DNA of 64,000 nucleotides, taken from Candidatus Latescibacterota bacterium (GTDB taxonomy: Bacteria > Latescibacterota > Latescibacteria > Latescibacterales > Latescibacteraceae). The stretch covers positions 3,585 to 67,584 of the forward strand of contig JAFGMP010000040.1 of the NCBI GenBank assembly GCA_016927495.1, given 5' to 3'. The notes under the pieces are model-generated. The model did no database searches. It was not told the DNA's origin and saw only the letters and a list, made by a program, of their open reading frames with translations. Shown piece after piece: positions 28,727 through 38,889 of this stretch. The position numbers and the translations under genes are program-made. The first letter of the stretch is position 1, and the number at the start of each line of letters is the position of its first letter.

Positions 28727-29397
28727 ATAAGAAATTAAACAATCATATTGAAAGATGCTGGAAGCAAATCGGAATTTTCGGAGATTCCACATGTGATAAG
28801 CTCGATGATGTTGTACACTGCAGAAATTGCCCGCAATATTTTAAAGCTGCAATCAGGTTATTCGACAAGGAAATTCCCGAAGGATACCTTGAAGAAAGCA
28901 CGAGTTTGTATGCCAATCCTGAAGAAACCGAAAAACCCGATATTATTTCAGTAGTTGTGTTTAGGCTCAATTTCGAGTGGCTCGCTCTGAAAACCAAATA
29001 TTTACAGGAAGTTACAAAAATGCTCCCTGTCCATTTCGTACCGTTTCGCACGAACAATGTTTTCAAAGGACTGGTAAACATCAATGGTGTTCTCGTCCCA
29101 TGTGTTTCTTTAGCTAATATTATCGGACTTACCGGGGAGAACGATGTACAATCAACACTAACGGTCTACAAACGCATGATTGTTGTCGGTAACGACAAAG
29201 ATCGGTATGTATTTATCGCTGATGAGATGATCGGGATACGCCGTATATCGCCACATGATCAAAAAAAAGTACCAGCTACTTTATCCAAATCAGCAACCGT
29301 TTTCAGTTCGGGTATCTACACTATCGATGATAAAACTGTCGGACTTTTGCAGACAGATTCGTTTTTCAGTTCATTAAAAAGGAGTCTGACATTTTGA
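28723..29397 (+). CDS. CheW-like protein with an N-terminal Cys4 (zinc-ribbon-like) segment
   Basis: The start overlaps the cheR stop (ATGA). The N-terminus is ERCW...STCDKLDDVVHCRNCPQYF (C-x11-C-x8-C-x2-C). A CheW-like domain follows (VVVFRLNFEWLALKTKYLQEV...VNINGVLVPCVSL). Confidence 0.7.
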   Translation: MNKKLNNHIERCWKQIGIFGDSTCDKLDDVVHCRNCPQYFKAAIRLFDKEIPEGYLEESTSLYANPEETEKPDIISVVVFRLNFEWLALKTKYLQEVTKMLPVHFVPFRTNNVFKGLVNINGVLVPCVSLANIIGLTGENDVQSTLTVYKRMIVVGNDKDRYVFIADEMIGIRRISPHDQKKVPATLSKSATVFSSGIYTIDDKTVGLLQTDSFFSSLKRSLTF

Positions 29398-29408
29398 ATA
29401 ATCAGAGC

Positions 29409-32093
29409 ATGGGCGAGTTTAATAATCTTACAATGTTGGATATTTTTTGCACTGAATTGAAAACTGCCGTACAGACAATAGAAACTGGCCTGACGAATAT
29501 TGAAAGTGACCATTCACCTGAAAAAATCGAACCGCTTATGCGAGCCGCCCATTCCATCAGAGGCGCAGCACGTATAGTCGGTCTTGATATTATTGTGATT
29601 TTTGCCCACTCAATAGAGGAAGCCTTTAACTATGCTTTGAGCGGAAATGTTAATATTACACCGGATATCTTGGATATTTTATTGAAATGTAACAAAATAT
29701 TCATGGAGCTATCCGATCTTAAAACGACAGATATTCCTTATCATCTGGAAAAAAACAAGAAAAAAATAGAATCTCTTGGTGATCAATTACAAAATATGAT
29801 TGCTTTGCAGATTTCCCATATTACCGTCAAAGAACCGATACCTGCAGAAAGTAAGCAACATGCGGCATCTTCACCGTTCAATGAGATATCCGATCGATCG
29901 ATATTCGAACTCTTTCTTATTGAAGTCGAAAATCACAGCCGGGTTATTGAAGAAGTATTAGTTGAAATCGAAAAGGAACAGACACCTGAAAAAATCGAAC
30001 CGCTTATGCGAGCCGCCCATTCCATCAAAGGTGCAGCACGCATTGTAGGTTTAAATCTCGAAGTATCGCTTGCACATACCATGGAAGATGTATTTTCAAG
30101 AGCACAGCGCGGCGATCTGAAATTAACCTCAAAACATATCGACCTCCTACTGCACAGTAACGACTTTTTCCGTAAACTGGCTGCATTAAAAATAAATGAT
30201 ATATCTAATTGGCTTGTCGAACAATCCGATAATATCAAAGCTTTGACCCAGGCACTAATCGATATACTTGCAGGAAAACCTGCAAGAATACCCCAAAATA
30301 GAGTTGAAACGCAAAAAAAATTAAGCCAAGATCAACAAGATTTAACCTCAAAAGATGATAGTTTAGTGCGGGTACTCGCTGAAAACTTAAACCGTATAAT
30401 GGGTCTTGCTGGCGAATGTCTGGTTCAGGCACGTTTTTCGAAACCATTTTCTTCCTCACTGCTGCAGATGAAAATCAATTGTATGGAATTAAACAGTATC
30501 ATGGAAAGCATTCTTCTCTCACCAGAGGCTGAAATGATACCGGAAGGATTGTATATAAAAATCAATGATTCACACAAGAAAATAAATCACATTCATGATT
30601 TACTCATGGAACATATTGTGGATTACGAACACTTTTCTCAGCGTCTTGAATATTTTTCGGAACATCTCTACAATGAAATAATTAACAGTCGGATGAGACC
30701 GTTTTCGGACGGGCTCCATGGATTTCAACGTATGGTAAGAGATCTGGCTCAAAAAATGAGAAAAGAAGTTGAATTCAAGGTTCTCAAAGGTTCCACCCGC
30801 GTTGACAGTGACATTCTGGAAAAACTTAAGGCGCCGCTCACTCATTTGATACACAATGCCATAGACCATGGTCTGGAGACGCCGGAAGAACGGATTAACG
30901 CCGGTAAACCTGCAAAAGGACGACTGGTATTTGAGGCTCGCCATATGTATGGTATGTTGAATATCACTGTTTCCGATGATGGAAGAGGTATAGATCCGGA
31001 GATTATACGTCAAAAAGTTTCAAAAACAGGGCAGGTCTCAAAAGATATCGCTGAAAATTTGAGCGATTTGGAGCTTTTTGATTTTCTGTTTCTACCAACT
31101 TTTTCCACAGCCGGAAAGGTTTCGGAAATTTCCGGCCGCGGAGTCGGCCTCGATGTGGTTTCTTCCATGGTACACGAAGTTGGTGGTTCCGTTCACATCG
31201 AATCAAACATAGGAGAGGGGACGACTTTTCATCTGCGGCTTCCCCTAACTTTATCGGTACTGCGCACACTGCTGGTAGAGATAAATAATGAACCATACGC
31301 TTTACCGCTGACTCGTATTGAACACGTCATTGAGATAGAACAACAGGATTTGCATATTTTAGAAGACCGTCAATTCTGTACTCTTGAAAATGAACATATA
31401 GGAATAATACATGCCCGTCAAATAATGCGAATACCTGATTCACAAAGTGATTCTGGACGGTTATGTATAGCGATTATTAAAGACCGGTTAACTCAATACG
31501 GCATTGTTGTCGACCGTTTTCTCGGTGAACGGGAACTCGTTGTTCGGCCGCTTGATCCACGGCTTGGTAAAATTCCCAATATCAGCGCCGGTTCAATTAT
31601 GGAAGACGGTTCTCCGGTTTTGATCATGGATGTTGATGATCTCGTGCGTTCAATTGACAACATCTTATCCAATGCACGGCCAGATAAAATGCTTGGTAAA
31701 AAGACTCAGTTACATCTAACCAAAAAACGTGTACTCGTTGTCGATGACTCTTTGACAGTACGGCAGGTTGAGCGAAAACTTCTTGAAAACAGAGGATATG
31801 AAGTAGTTGCGGCTGTCGACGGTATGGATGGATGGATTACACTTCAAAGCAATATATTTGACCTTATAATCTCTGATGTTGACATGCCCAGACTTAACGG
31901 AATCGAATTGGTCAGAAAAATTAAAAACGATCCCAAACTGAAAGATATTCCCGTGATGATTATATCGTATAAAGATCAGGAAGAAGATAAATTACGGGGT
32001 TTGGAGGCAGGCGCCAATTACTATTTGACTAAAGCAAGCTTTCACGACGAAACGCTGATAGATGCGATAAGAGACCTGATTGGAGATCCATAA
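29409..32093 (+). CDS. cheA: CheA-type histidine kinase hybrid with two Hpt domains, HATPase, a CheW-like domain and a C-terminal receiver
   Basis: There are two Hpt units ([23 protein letters not shown] and [23 protein letters not shown]). The ATP-binding region has [17 protein letters not shown] and GRGVGLDVV motifs. A CheW-like domain ([17 protein letters not shown]) precedes a C-terminal REC ([12 protein letters not shown]...[13 protein letters not shown]). The ATG at 29409 is preferred over the TTG at 29394. Confidence 0.85.
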   Translation: MGEFNNLTMLDIFCTELKTAVQTIETGLTNIESDHSPEKIEPLMRAAHSIRGAARIVGLDIIVIFAHSIEEAFNYALSGNVNITPDILDILLKCNKIFMELSDLKTTDIPYHLEKNKKKIESLGDQLQNMIALQISHITVKEPIPAESKQHAASSPFNEISDRSIFELFLIEVENHSRVIEEVLVEIEKEQTPEKIEPLMRAAHSIKGAARIVGLNLEVSLAHTMEDVFSRAQRGDLKLTSKHIDLLLHSNDFFRKLAALKINDISNWLVEQSDNIKALTQALIDILAGKPARIPQNRVETQKKLSQDQQDLTSKDDSLVRVLAENLNRIMGLAGECLVQARFSKPFSSSLLQMKINCMELNSIMESILLSPEAEMIPEGLYIKINDSHKKINHIHDLLMEHIVDYEHFSQRLEYFSEHLYNEIINSRMRPFSDGLHGFQRMVRDLAQKMRKEVEFKVLKGSTRVDSDILEKLKAPLTHLIHNAIDHGLETPEERINAGKPAKGRLVFEARHMYGMLNITVSDDGRGIDPEIIRQKVSKTGQVSKDIAENLSDLELFDFLFLPTFSTAGKVSEISGRGVGLDVVSSMVHEVGGSVHIESNIGEGTTFHLRLPLTLSVLRTLLVEINNEPYALPLTRIEHVIEIEQQDLHILEDRQFCTLENEHIGIIHARQIMRIPDSQSDSGRLCIAIIKDRLTQYGIVVDRFLGERELVVRPLDPRLGKIPNISAGSIMEDGSPVLIMDVDDLVRSIDNILSNARPDKMLGKKTQLHLTKKRVLVVDDSLTVRQVERKLLENRGYEVVAAVDGMDGWITLQSNIFDLIISDVDMPRLNGIELVRKIKNDPKLKDIPVMIISYKDQEEDKLRGLEAGANYYLTKASFHDETLIDAIRDLIGDP
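29515..29559. repeat. 45-nt exact direct repeat, copy 1; copy 2 is at 29983-30027, inside the two Hpt domains of cheA
   Basis: CACCTGAAAAAATCGAACCGCTTATGCGAGCCGCCCATTCCATCA occurs identically at both positions. Confidence 0.9.
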
Positions 32094-33117
32094 AAGATTG
32101 CGTATCGCTATTGTAAACGATCAAAACATTGCAGTTGAAACCATTCGCCGGATTGTGATTACCGTACCAGAGTATGAAATTGCATGGATTGCATCAAATG
32201 GCGCGGAAGCATTGGAAAAGTGCCGTAAGGATAAACCGGACCTTATCTTAATGGATATTGTAATGCCCGTAATGGATGGAGTTCAGGCAACCAGTGCGAT
32301 AATGGAGTCATGCCCCTGTGCAATACTTGTCGTTACTGCAACAGTATCCGGAAATGCGACAAAAGTGTTTGAGGCAATGGGATGCGGCGCTCTCGATGCA
32401 GTATCCACACCTGTTTTTAACGGTGAAGGAAAAATTGTTGGCGCTGATGATCTGATAAAAAAAATTAACATGCTGGGTAGACTCATCAGGGTAAACAATA
32501 CAGACAGAAAAACAGTACCAATAGAAAAAAAATCAACATCTTCAGTTGTTCCACCACTTGTGGCAATCGGATGCTCAACCGGAGGCCCTAAAGCTCTTTC
32601 CATAATTCTTTCCGGAATGCCCAAAAATCCGGGTGCTTCTTTTGTAATCGTGCAACACGTCGATGTCCAGTTTGCCAGTGGCCTCGCCGAATGGCTTAAT
32701 AATCAGACCAAACTTGATGTAACACTAGCCCGTGAAGGCAGGCAGCCGGAAAAAGATACGGTTTATATTGCTGAAACGAACGACCATTTGGTTATAAATT
32801 CGGATTTGACTTTCCATTACACAAAAGAGCCGCGAGATTACCCTTTCAGGCCTTCAATTGATACATTTTACCTGAGTATCGACAAAAACTGGCCGAGGAA
32901 AGATATAGCCGTATTATTGACGGGTATCGGCAAAGACGGCGCGCATGGATTACTTGCCCTGAACAAAGCAGGCTGGCATACTATCGTACAGGATGAAAAA
33001 ACATCGGTCGCTTTCGGTATGCCCAAAACGGCAATAATTTTAGGAGCTGCCAAACAAATATTACCGATTGACAATATCGAAGATTCAATTATGAAACAAT
33101 TAAAGAAAAGAGTATAA
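32080..33117 (+). CDS. cheB: CheB methylesterase with an N-terminal receiver
   Basis: The REC is [12 protein letters not shown]...[14 protein letters not shown]. The methylesterase core is [21 protein letters not shown]...FVIVQHVD. A probable TTG start overlaps the cheA end. Confidence 0.85.
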   Translation: MEIHKRLRIAIVNDQNIAVETIRRIVITVPEYEIAWIASNGAEALEKCRKDKPDLILMDIVMPVMDGVQATSAIMESCPCAILVVTATVSGNATKVFEAMGCGALDAVSTPVFNGEGKIVGADDLIKKINMLGRLIRVNNTDRKTVPIEKKSTSSVVPPLVAIGCSTGGPKALSIILSGMPKNPGASFVIVQHVDVQFASGLAEWLNNQTKLDVTLAREGRQPEKDTVYIAETNDHLVINSDLTFHYTKEPRDYPFRPSIDTFYLSIDKNWPRKDIAVLLTGIGKDGAHGLLALNKAGWHTIVQDEKTSVAFGMPKTAIILGAAKQILPIDNIEDSIMKQLKKRV

Positions 33118-33122
33118 AAAAT

Positions 33123-34322
33123 ATGCATTCTACCGATAGTAACAAAATCTCATCACCGCTTACACAGTATGATATCACCGTGCTGTTGGTAGATGACCAA
33201 AAAATAGTCGCCGCAGCAGTTGAACGTATGCTTGGGGGAGAAAAAGATATAACCTTTCACTACTGCCAGGATCCGACCAAAGCAATCAGAGTAGCATCCG
33301 AGATATTCCCAACCGTTATACTTCAGGATCTTGTCATGCCGGAAATTGACGGATTAACCCTTGTCAGGTTTTTCCGCGCCCATCCTCAACTCAAAGATGT
33401 GCCGCTCATCGTTCTTTCGACAAAAGAAGAAGCTATCACCAAAGCCGATGCCTTTTCCTTGGGAGCAAACGACTATCTCGTAAAATTGCCCGATAAAGTT
33501 GAACTGATCGCCCGGATTCGCTATCATTCACACGCATACATCAACCTTTTGCAGCGAAACGAAGCCTATAACGAATTGCTGAAAAGCCAGCAGGCTCTTG
33601 CATCGGAACTCGCCATAGCAGCGGATCATGTTACCTCACTGCTTCCGCAGCCAATCACTGCCGGGCCTATCCTGACCGACTGGTATTTTGTACCATCAAC
33701 TCAATTAGGAGGTGATTCGTTCGGTTATCACTGGATCGATGAAGATCATTTTGCCATGTATCTCCTCGATGTGTGCGACCACGGTGTCGGTTCGGCGCTT
33801 CTCTCTGTTTCGGCGCTCAATGTTCTGAGGTCTCAAAGCCTGCCCGATACAGACTTTAAAATACCCGAAAAGGTTCTATCCGGACTCAATGATGCATTTC
33901 AGATGGATGATCATAACAACCTATATTTCACACTCTGGTATGGCGTGTTGAATACGAAAAATTATGAACTCAAATATGCCAGCGGGGGCCACCCTCCTGC
34001 GTTCCTTTTCTCCGGTACAGATCGGTTTGATGAGTTGATTACAAAAAACTTCCTTATCGGCGGACTTCCTGGCTCAGTTTACAAAGGTGAATCGGTACAG
34101 ATTGAACGTCCAGCACGTCTTTATATTTTCTCGGATGGTGTGTATGAGGTACATCGTCAGGATGGCACAATGTGGGGATTGAGTGAACTCCATAACTTTC
34201 TTATGAATCCTCATGAAGAAACCACATCCGAAATCGAGAAATTATATTCGCTGGTACATGAAATCAATGGAAACAAAAATCTCGATGATGATTATTCAAT
34301 ACTTAAGGTTAGTTTTCTTTAA
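33123..34322 (+). CDS. Response regulator with a PP2C/SpoIIE-type Ser phosphatase output (RsbU-like)
   Basis: The REC is VLLVDDQKIVAAAVERML...DLVMPEIDGLTLV...PLIVLSTKEE. The PP2C region is GGDSFGYHWIDEDHFAMYLLDVCDHGVGSALLS...YIFSDGVYE. Confidence 0.8.
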   Translation: MHSTDSNKISSPLTQYDITVLLVDDQKIVAAAVERMLGGEKDITFHYCQDPTKAIRVASEIFPTVILQDLVMPEIDGLTLVRFFRAHPQLKDVPLIVLSTKEEAITKADAFSLGANDYLVKLPDKVELIARIRYHSHAYINLLQRNEAYNELLKSQQALASELAIAADHVTSLLPQPITAGPILTDWYFVPSTQLGGDSFGYHWIDEDHFAMYLLDVCDHGVGSALLSVSALNVLRSQSLPDTDFKIPEKVLSGLNDAFQMDDHNNLYFTLWYGVLNTKNYELKYASGGHPPAFLFSGTDRFDELITKNFLIGGLPGSVYKGESVQIERPARLYIFSDGVYEVHRQDGTMWGLSELHNFLMNPHEETTSEIEKLYSLVHEINGNKNLDDDYSILKVSFL

Positions 34323-35535
34323 CTTCTTGCTGCCTTATAAATGTAAAGTATCCTGCTGGTATTGCAGTGCCATTATTTGTGAATGCATATTCATTCAAGA
34401 TTTTTATTTTTTCCGGCGATTCAATCGGTTGATCTTCAGTGGTAAAAGTTTCTCCGGCATCAGTTCCCGCATCATAAACGTACAGTTCTACATGCTTTTC
34501 GCTCACCCAGTCATTGTTTTCGACAAGATTTAAACCCGATACACCGATAAACCAATCGGGACTCGGTGCAACCATTGAGACGAGTGTTACTCTGGAATAA
34601 TAGATATGAACAGTAAAATTCAGGGATACAGATCCGGGCGAAGGAGTTATACCATGGCCGGAAAGCAGTGTGTAGGCATCACCATTATTAATCATAGTTT
34701 CCACCTCGCTGCTTAATGGATCTTTTGCACCCGCTTCTGCCATTCTTTTTATACCGGGAGATGAAAGTCCACCTACCTCCCAAAGACTTGAGTTGTCATT
34801 ATGTACTGCACCTATCAGACCTGAAAAATGAGGATTTGATGGAAAATCAAGTGGATGAGTATCGCTGCTCCAAATGCTTGTAAAGATAACCTTATATTGT
34901 GCCGTTTCAGCCGGTTCATATTTTGGAGAAATTTTAATATTCGTAACTTCTCCATATATCGATGTGTTTTCAGTGTACCGTACACGAATGCTGTAATTAG
35001 AATTCGCTGTAATAATGGATGGGAGTATCCACATATAAGAAGTTGACTGTGAATAATCAGATACTATATTAAAAAGATATGAACCGTTTAGGAATAACAG
35101 AATATCGTATTTTCCGGCAAGAGAAGCGTTAGCATTCCAGGAAATGGTAATTTTTTCACCTGTATTGAGAGAGTCACCTGAAATGGGATTGGTAATCGTT
35201 ATGGTTGTACCATCCTTTTCGATTCCGACAAAATCTACCATAATATCAGCGTTAACCGTGATTTCTTTTCTTTCGGGTAAAAAAGTTACATTTGTTTTTG
35301 ATGGTATAATCGTATAGGTTCCCTGTTGTAAATCTATCGAGTAATAACCCGAAACATCAGTTGTTATTATTTGACTACCCACTGAAATGGTTACTTCAGG
35401 AATTTCCTCATTATTTTCCGATAATATCGTTCCTGAGATGGTATACAATTCTTTGTCATTTTCATCACCGTTAAAAATACAACCGGATAACATAACCGTA
35501 AGTATAACAAACATTAAATTATTTTTTTTCAACAT
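34309..35535 (-). CDS. Lipoprotein with a carboxypeptidase-regulatory-like N-domain and a C-terminal spondin_N domain
   Basis: The signal/lipobox is MLKKNNLMFVILTVMLSGC. TISGTILSENNEEIPEVTISVG is CarboxypepD_reg-like. The C-terminus IWSSDTHPLDFPSNPHFSGLIGAVHN...WEVGGLSSPGIKRMAEAGAKDPL matches spondin_N. Its 3' end overlaps the REC-PP2C stop by 14 nt, tail to tail. Confidence 0.6.
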   Translation of the reverse strand: MLKKNNLMFVILTVMLSGCIFNGDENDKELYTISGTILSENNEEIPEVTISVGSQIITTDVSGYYSIDLQQGTYTIIPSKTNVTFLPERKEITVNADIMVDFVGIEKDGTTITITNPISGDSLNTGEKITISWNANASLAGKYDILLFLNGSYLFNIVSDYSQSTSYMWILPSIITANSNYSIRVRYTENTSIYGEVTNIKISPKYEPAETAQYKVIFTSIWSSDTHPLDFPSNPHFSGLIGAVHNDNSSLWEVGGLSSPGIKRMAEAGAKDPLSSEVETMINNGDAYTLLSGHGITPSPGSVSLNFTVHIYYSRVTLVSMVAPSPDWFIGVSGLNLVENNDWVSEKHVELYVYDAGTDAGETFTTEDQPIESPEKIKILNEYAFTNNGTAIPAGYFTFIRQQEVKEN

Positions 35536-36064
35536 TGTTTTCCTCCTTTATTTGGCCATTTAACATATATTTCTTATATTTATTATAGCACAATGGAATA
35601 AAGCATTAATTTATACTCTTATAAATCAGAATAATTATGATGTTTCTTTCATTGCTATAACTCTACATAGCTATTTATTATTCCTTTATTTAAGACTTTA
35701 TTATTGAAAAAAAGAAACATAAAATATCAATTTTTTATTATTATTGGAAAACACACAATTTCATTGGCATAATTTATTGGAATATTTGCAGTCAAAATTA
35801 AAGAATCATAATTAGTTATAATCACCGGTATATTTAACAAATTAAACCGAAAAAAATATATCTTTCCGGCATTATTATCAATTTTCTAAAAATACTTTCG
35901 GAACTTTAAAAAGATTTTGAACTCTAAAAATAAAAAAAGTTAGAAATTAAAGGTATACCTGGTCTTCAGAATGTACTTAGTAATAATTTGCTGAATTGTA
36001 CATTGAAATGACATGAAATCCCGGTAATTTTTTGATAAAACAGTTTATTGATACGGAGGATTAT

Positions 36065-37390
36065 GTGAGAAACACAGTTATGATGCTCAATTACCCCCTG
36101 AAAAAAGCATTACCCTGTATTGTTAGGATCCGAAAAAACCGTTTTTCAACTATTTTCATCTATGTAGTCATCCTCGGTCTTTTATCCATAACAACGTCAG
36201 CACAGGAAAACAAAGAATGGCCTTGCTTTCACTGTATAGACCGCAGCAACAAATCGACTGAATCAGATTTGCTGAAAAAATGGCCTGAGGAAGGTCCCAA
36301 ACTTTTATGGTCTGTTGCTGGTCTTGGTGAAGGATACAGTTCGGTTGCCATTGCCAATGGGTTTGTATTTACCGCCGGCAAAAAAGAAAATCAGACGTAT
36401 GTATTTGCATATGACCTGAAAGGAAAGTTGATATGGGAAAAGCCTAACGGTCAGTCATGGTCAACAACCATGTCATGGGCAAAAACATATACCGGCCCCA
36501 GAAGCACACCGACCTATAATGACGGTGTTGTATACCATCTCGGTGAAACAGGAAGACTGACAGCATTTGATCATAAAACCGGTACAGAAATTTGGTTTAT
36601 TAATCTGCAGGAAAAGTTTGATGCACAAATACCCGAATACGGCTACTCCGAATCTGTCCTGGTTGATGGCGATTACTTATACTGCAACCCCGTGGGGGAA
36701 AAAGCGTTTATGGTCTGCCTAAACAAAAAGGATGGAAAACAAATTTGGGCAAACACGGAAATATCCGGTGTAGCGGGTTACTCTTCCCCCGTTCTTATGA
36801 ATTTTGACGGATATAACCAAATTATTAATATGTCTTCAAATTGTGTTTATGGAGTGGATACAAGAACAGGTAATTTACTCTGGAGTATGAAATTTGAGGG
36901 TCAACAATCATTAAATAACACAGATCCCATCGTTCATGATGAATATGTATTTGTCTCAAGCGGTTACGGCAAAGGTTGCATGCTGATCAAACTTTTAGCT
37001 TCCGGAAAAACGATTATTCCGGAAATGGTCTGGCAGACGGAGTTAATGGACAACCATCATGGCGGTGTGATTCTACTAGACGAACATCTGTACGGTGCCG
37101 GTCATAATTCCCGCGGCTGGTTCTGTCTGGATTTTTTGACAGGCAAGGAACTCTGGAAATCGCGGGGTAAAGGCTCATTGGTTTTTGCCGACAACATGTT
37201 ATATTTACTGGAAGAAAATGGCCTTATGAAGTTAGTCACAGCCTCACATGAAAAATATGATGAAGTAAGCTTGTTTGAAGTACCTGATGGCGGCAGAGGT
37301 ATGCACTGGGCACATCCGGTTGTGTGCGGCGGACGATTGTATATACGCCACACGGATAAACTCTTTGCATATGACATCAAAAATCAATGA
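36065..37390 (+). CDS. Secreted PQQ/BamB-like beta-propeller repeat protein (paralog 1)
   Basis: A signal peptide is followed by GPKLLWSVAGLGEGYSSVAIANGFVFTAGK and periodic W/G/Y blade motifs. The start is ambiguous: GTG at 36065 after GGAGGA, or ATG at 36080. Confidence 0.7.
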   Translation: MRNTVMMLNYPLKKALPCIVRIRKNRFSTIFIYVVILGLLSITTSAQENKEWPCFHCIDRSNKSTESDLLKKWPEEGPKLLWSVAGLGEGYSSVAIANGFVFTAGKKENQTYVFAYDLKGKLIWEKPNGQSWSTTMSWAKTYTGPRSTPTYNDGVVYHLGETGRLTAFDHKTGTEIWFINLQEKFDAQIPEYGYSESVLVDGDYLYCNPVGEKAFMVCLNKKDGKQIWANTEISGVAGYSSPVLMNFDGYNQIINMSSNCVYGVDTRTGNLLWSMKFEGQQSLNNTDPIVHDEYVFVSSGYGKGCMLIKLLASGKTIIPEMVWQTELMDNHHGGVILLDEHLYGAGHNSRGWFCLDFLTGKELWKSRGKGSLVFADNMLYLLEENGLMKLVTASHEKYDEVSLFEVPDGGRGMHWAHPVVCGGRLYIRHTDKLFAYDIKNQ

Positions 37391-37510
37391 AAAATTGGTA
37401 TACCTAATGGATCCGAAGTGTAGGGGGCACGAATTATATGCCCTTACTCGAAGGGATTTTATTGATTAATTCCAACAGTTATGTTTATCACAGAGAGAAG
37501 GACCGGTATT

Positions 37511-38869
37511 ATGAAAAAGTGGCAGAAATGGTCACTGGGTATCGTCGGAATATTTGTGGCAGCAATATCTATTGCCGTTGTGATATTTTGGCCGACGATA
37601 TCGATTCTCAAAGGTACAGGGAAATTGAACGATGATACGGAAGCTATTCCCAGCGTTGCATCCCGTGATTTGAAACCGATGGAAAAAGGCAATGCCGATT
37701 GGATTTCCTGGTATGGGGCAAATGGAGATAACCGAAGCAAAGTCAAGGGAATCATTAAAGACTGGTCAGGCGGATTGAAGAAGCTGTGGGAAGTGAACTA
37801 TTTATGCCAGGGTAATTTAAGCGCAACATGGTCGGCTCCGGTCATTCAGGGCAACCGTCTTGTTGTCTGCGGACGGGATACGGATAAAGATCTTGTCTTC
37901 TGCCTCGATCCGGTGGACGGCAGTTTGCTCTGGAAAGTATCATACATGGCAAAAACCAGTACCAGCCACGGTTCCGGTCCCCGTGCCACACCATATATCG
38001 ATGACGACCGTGTATATACCTTTGGCCGCAGCGGTGATCTTTATTGCTGGAGTCTTTTTGACGGGAAACAAATATGGAAGATCAATGTTTCTGACGAAGG
38101 TGGTAAAGCGCCGCAGTGGGGGCACGCTTCCTCCCCACTTGTTCTGGGAAACCTTGTGTTAGTGCAGGGAGGAGGTTCCGCCGGAACTATTGCATACGAG
38201 AAAGCAACAGGGAAACTGACATGGAAAAGCGGACATGATATAGCCGGATATGCTGCTCTCGTTGAGATGAATTTTGCTGGTGAATCGGTGATACTTGCAT
38301 TTCATGGAAAGGGCATTTCCGCTCAGGATGCCGGGAATGGCAGCGAGCTTTGGAATGTACCGTGGGAAACATCGTACGATGTTAATGCTACCACGCCCAT
38401 AGTATTTGATGACAAAATTTTTATCACTTCCGGTTATGGTACGGGTTGTGAGTTGTTAAGGACAAATCGCTCCGGAGCGGATATTCTGTGGCGAAATGAA
38501 ATATTTTCATCGATACATTCCGATCCTTATGTAATTGACGGATTCTTGTATGGTTATTCAGGTGACAGCTCTCAAAACAAGGGCAAGTTTAAATGCATTA
38601 ACCTGCAGGACGGAACCGAACAGTGGTCAACTAATGATATGGGTTGGGGTACGTGTGTTTTGGTGGATGGATATTTACTGTGTATAGATATCAAAGGGAA
38701 CCTGTTTCTTATGAAACCCGATCCGTATAAATTTGTAAAAGTTTCTGAGTTGCCAAAAGCTCTTGGTAATGTAAGCGGACCTGTCTGGACTAAGCCTGTT
38801 TTAGCAAACGACCATCTCTATTTACGTTTCAAGCAGCGGCTTGTATGCTATGAGATTGTGAAGCATTAA
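37511..38869 (+). CDS. PQQ/BamB-like beta-propeller repeat protein (paralog 2) with an N-terminal TM anchor
   Basis: MKKWQKWSLGIVGIFVAAISIAVVIFW is a TM anchor. LKKLWEVNY...WSAPVIQGNRLVVCG is propeller-like. RBS GAGAAGGA. Confidence 0.7.
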   Translation: MKKWQKWSLGIVGIFVAAISIAVVIFWPTISILKGTGKLNDDTEAIPSVASRDLKPMEKGNADWISWYGANGDNRSKVKGIIKDWSGGLKKLWEVNYLCQGNLSATWSAPVIQGNRLVVCGRDTDKDLVFCLDPVDGSLLWKVSYMAKTSTSHGSGPRATPYIDDDRVYTFGRSGDLYCWSLFDGKQIWKINVSDEGGKAPQWGHASSPLVLGNLVLVQGGGSAGTIAYEKATGKLTWKSGHDIAGYAALVEMNFAGESVILAFHGKGISAQDAGNGSELWNVPWETSYDVNATTPIVFDDKIFITSGYGTGCELLRTNRSGADILWRNEIFSSIHSDPYVIDGFLYGYSGDSSQNKGKFKCINLQDGTEQWSTNDMGWGTCVLVDGYLLCIDIKGNLFLMKPDPYKFVKVSELPKALGNVSGPVWTKPVLANDHLYLRFKQRLVCYEIVKH

Positions 38870-38889
38870 ATGATTGAAAGGGAGGACTC

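Noticed and set aside
34213-34533. A 106-aa + strand ORF spanning the junction of the REC-PP2C gene and the spondin gene
   Set aside because: It overlaps two well-supported genes (one on each strand) in another frame, and its composition is hydrophobic and low-complexity. It is likely spurious.
35536-36064. A roughly 500-bp AT-rich region with many A/T tracts, which raised the question of a mobile-element scar, ncRNA or CRISPR leader
   Set aside because: I found no direct or inverted terminal repeats, no repeat-spacer periodicity and no tRNA-like structure. It is most simply a divergent promoter region between the minus-strand spondin gene and the first propeller gene.
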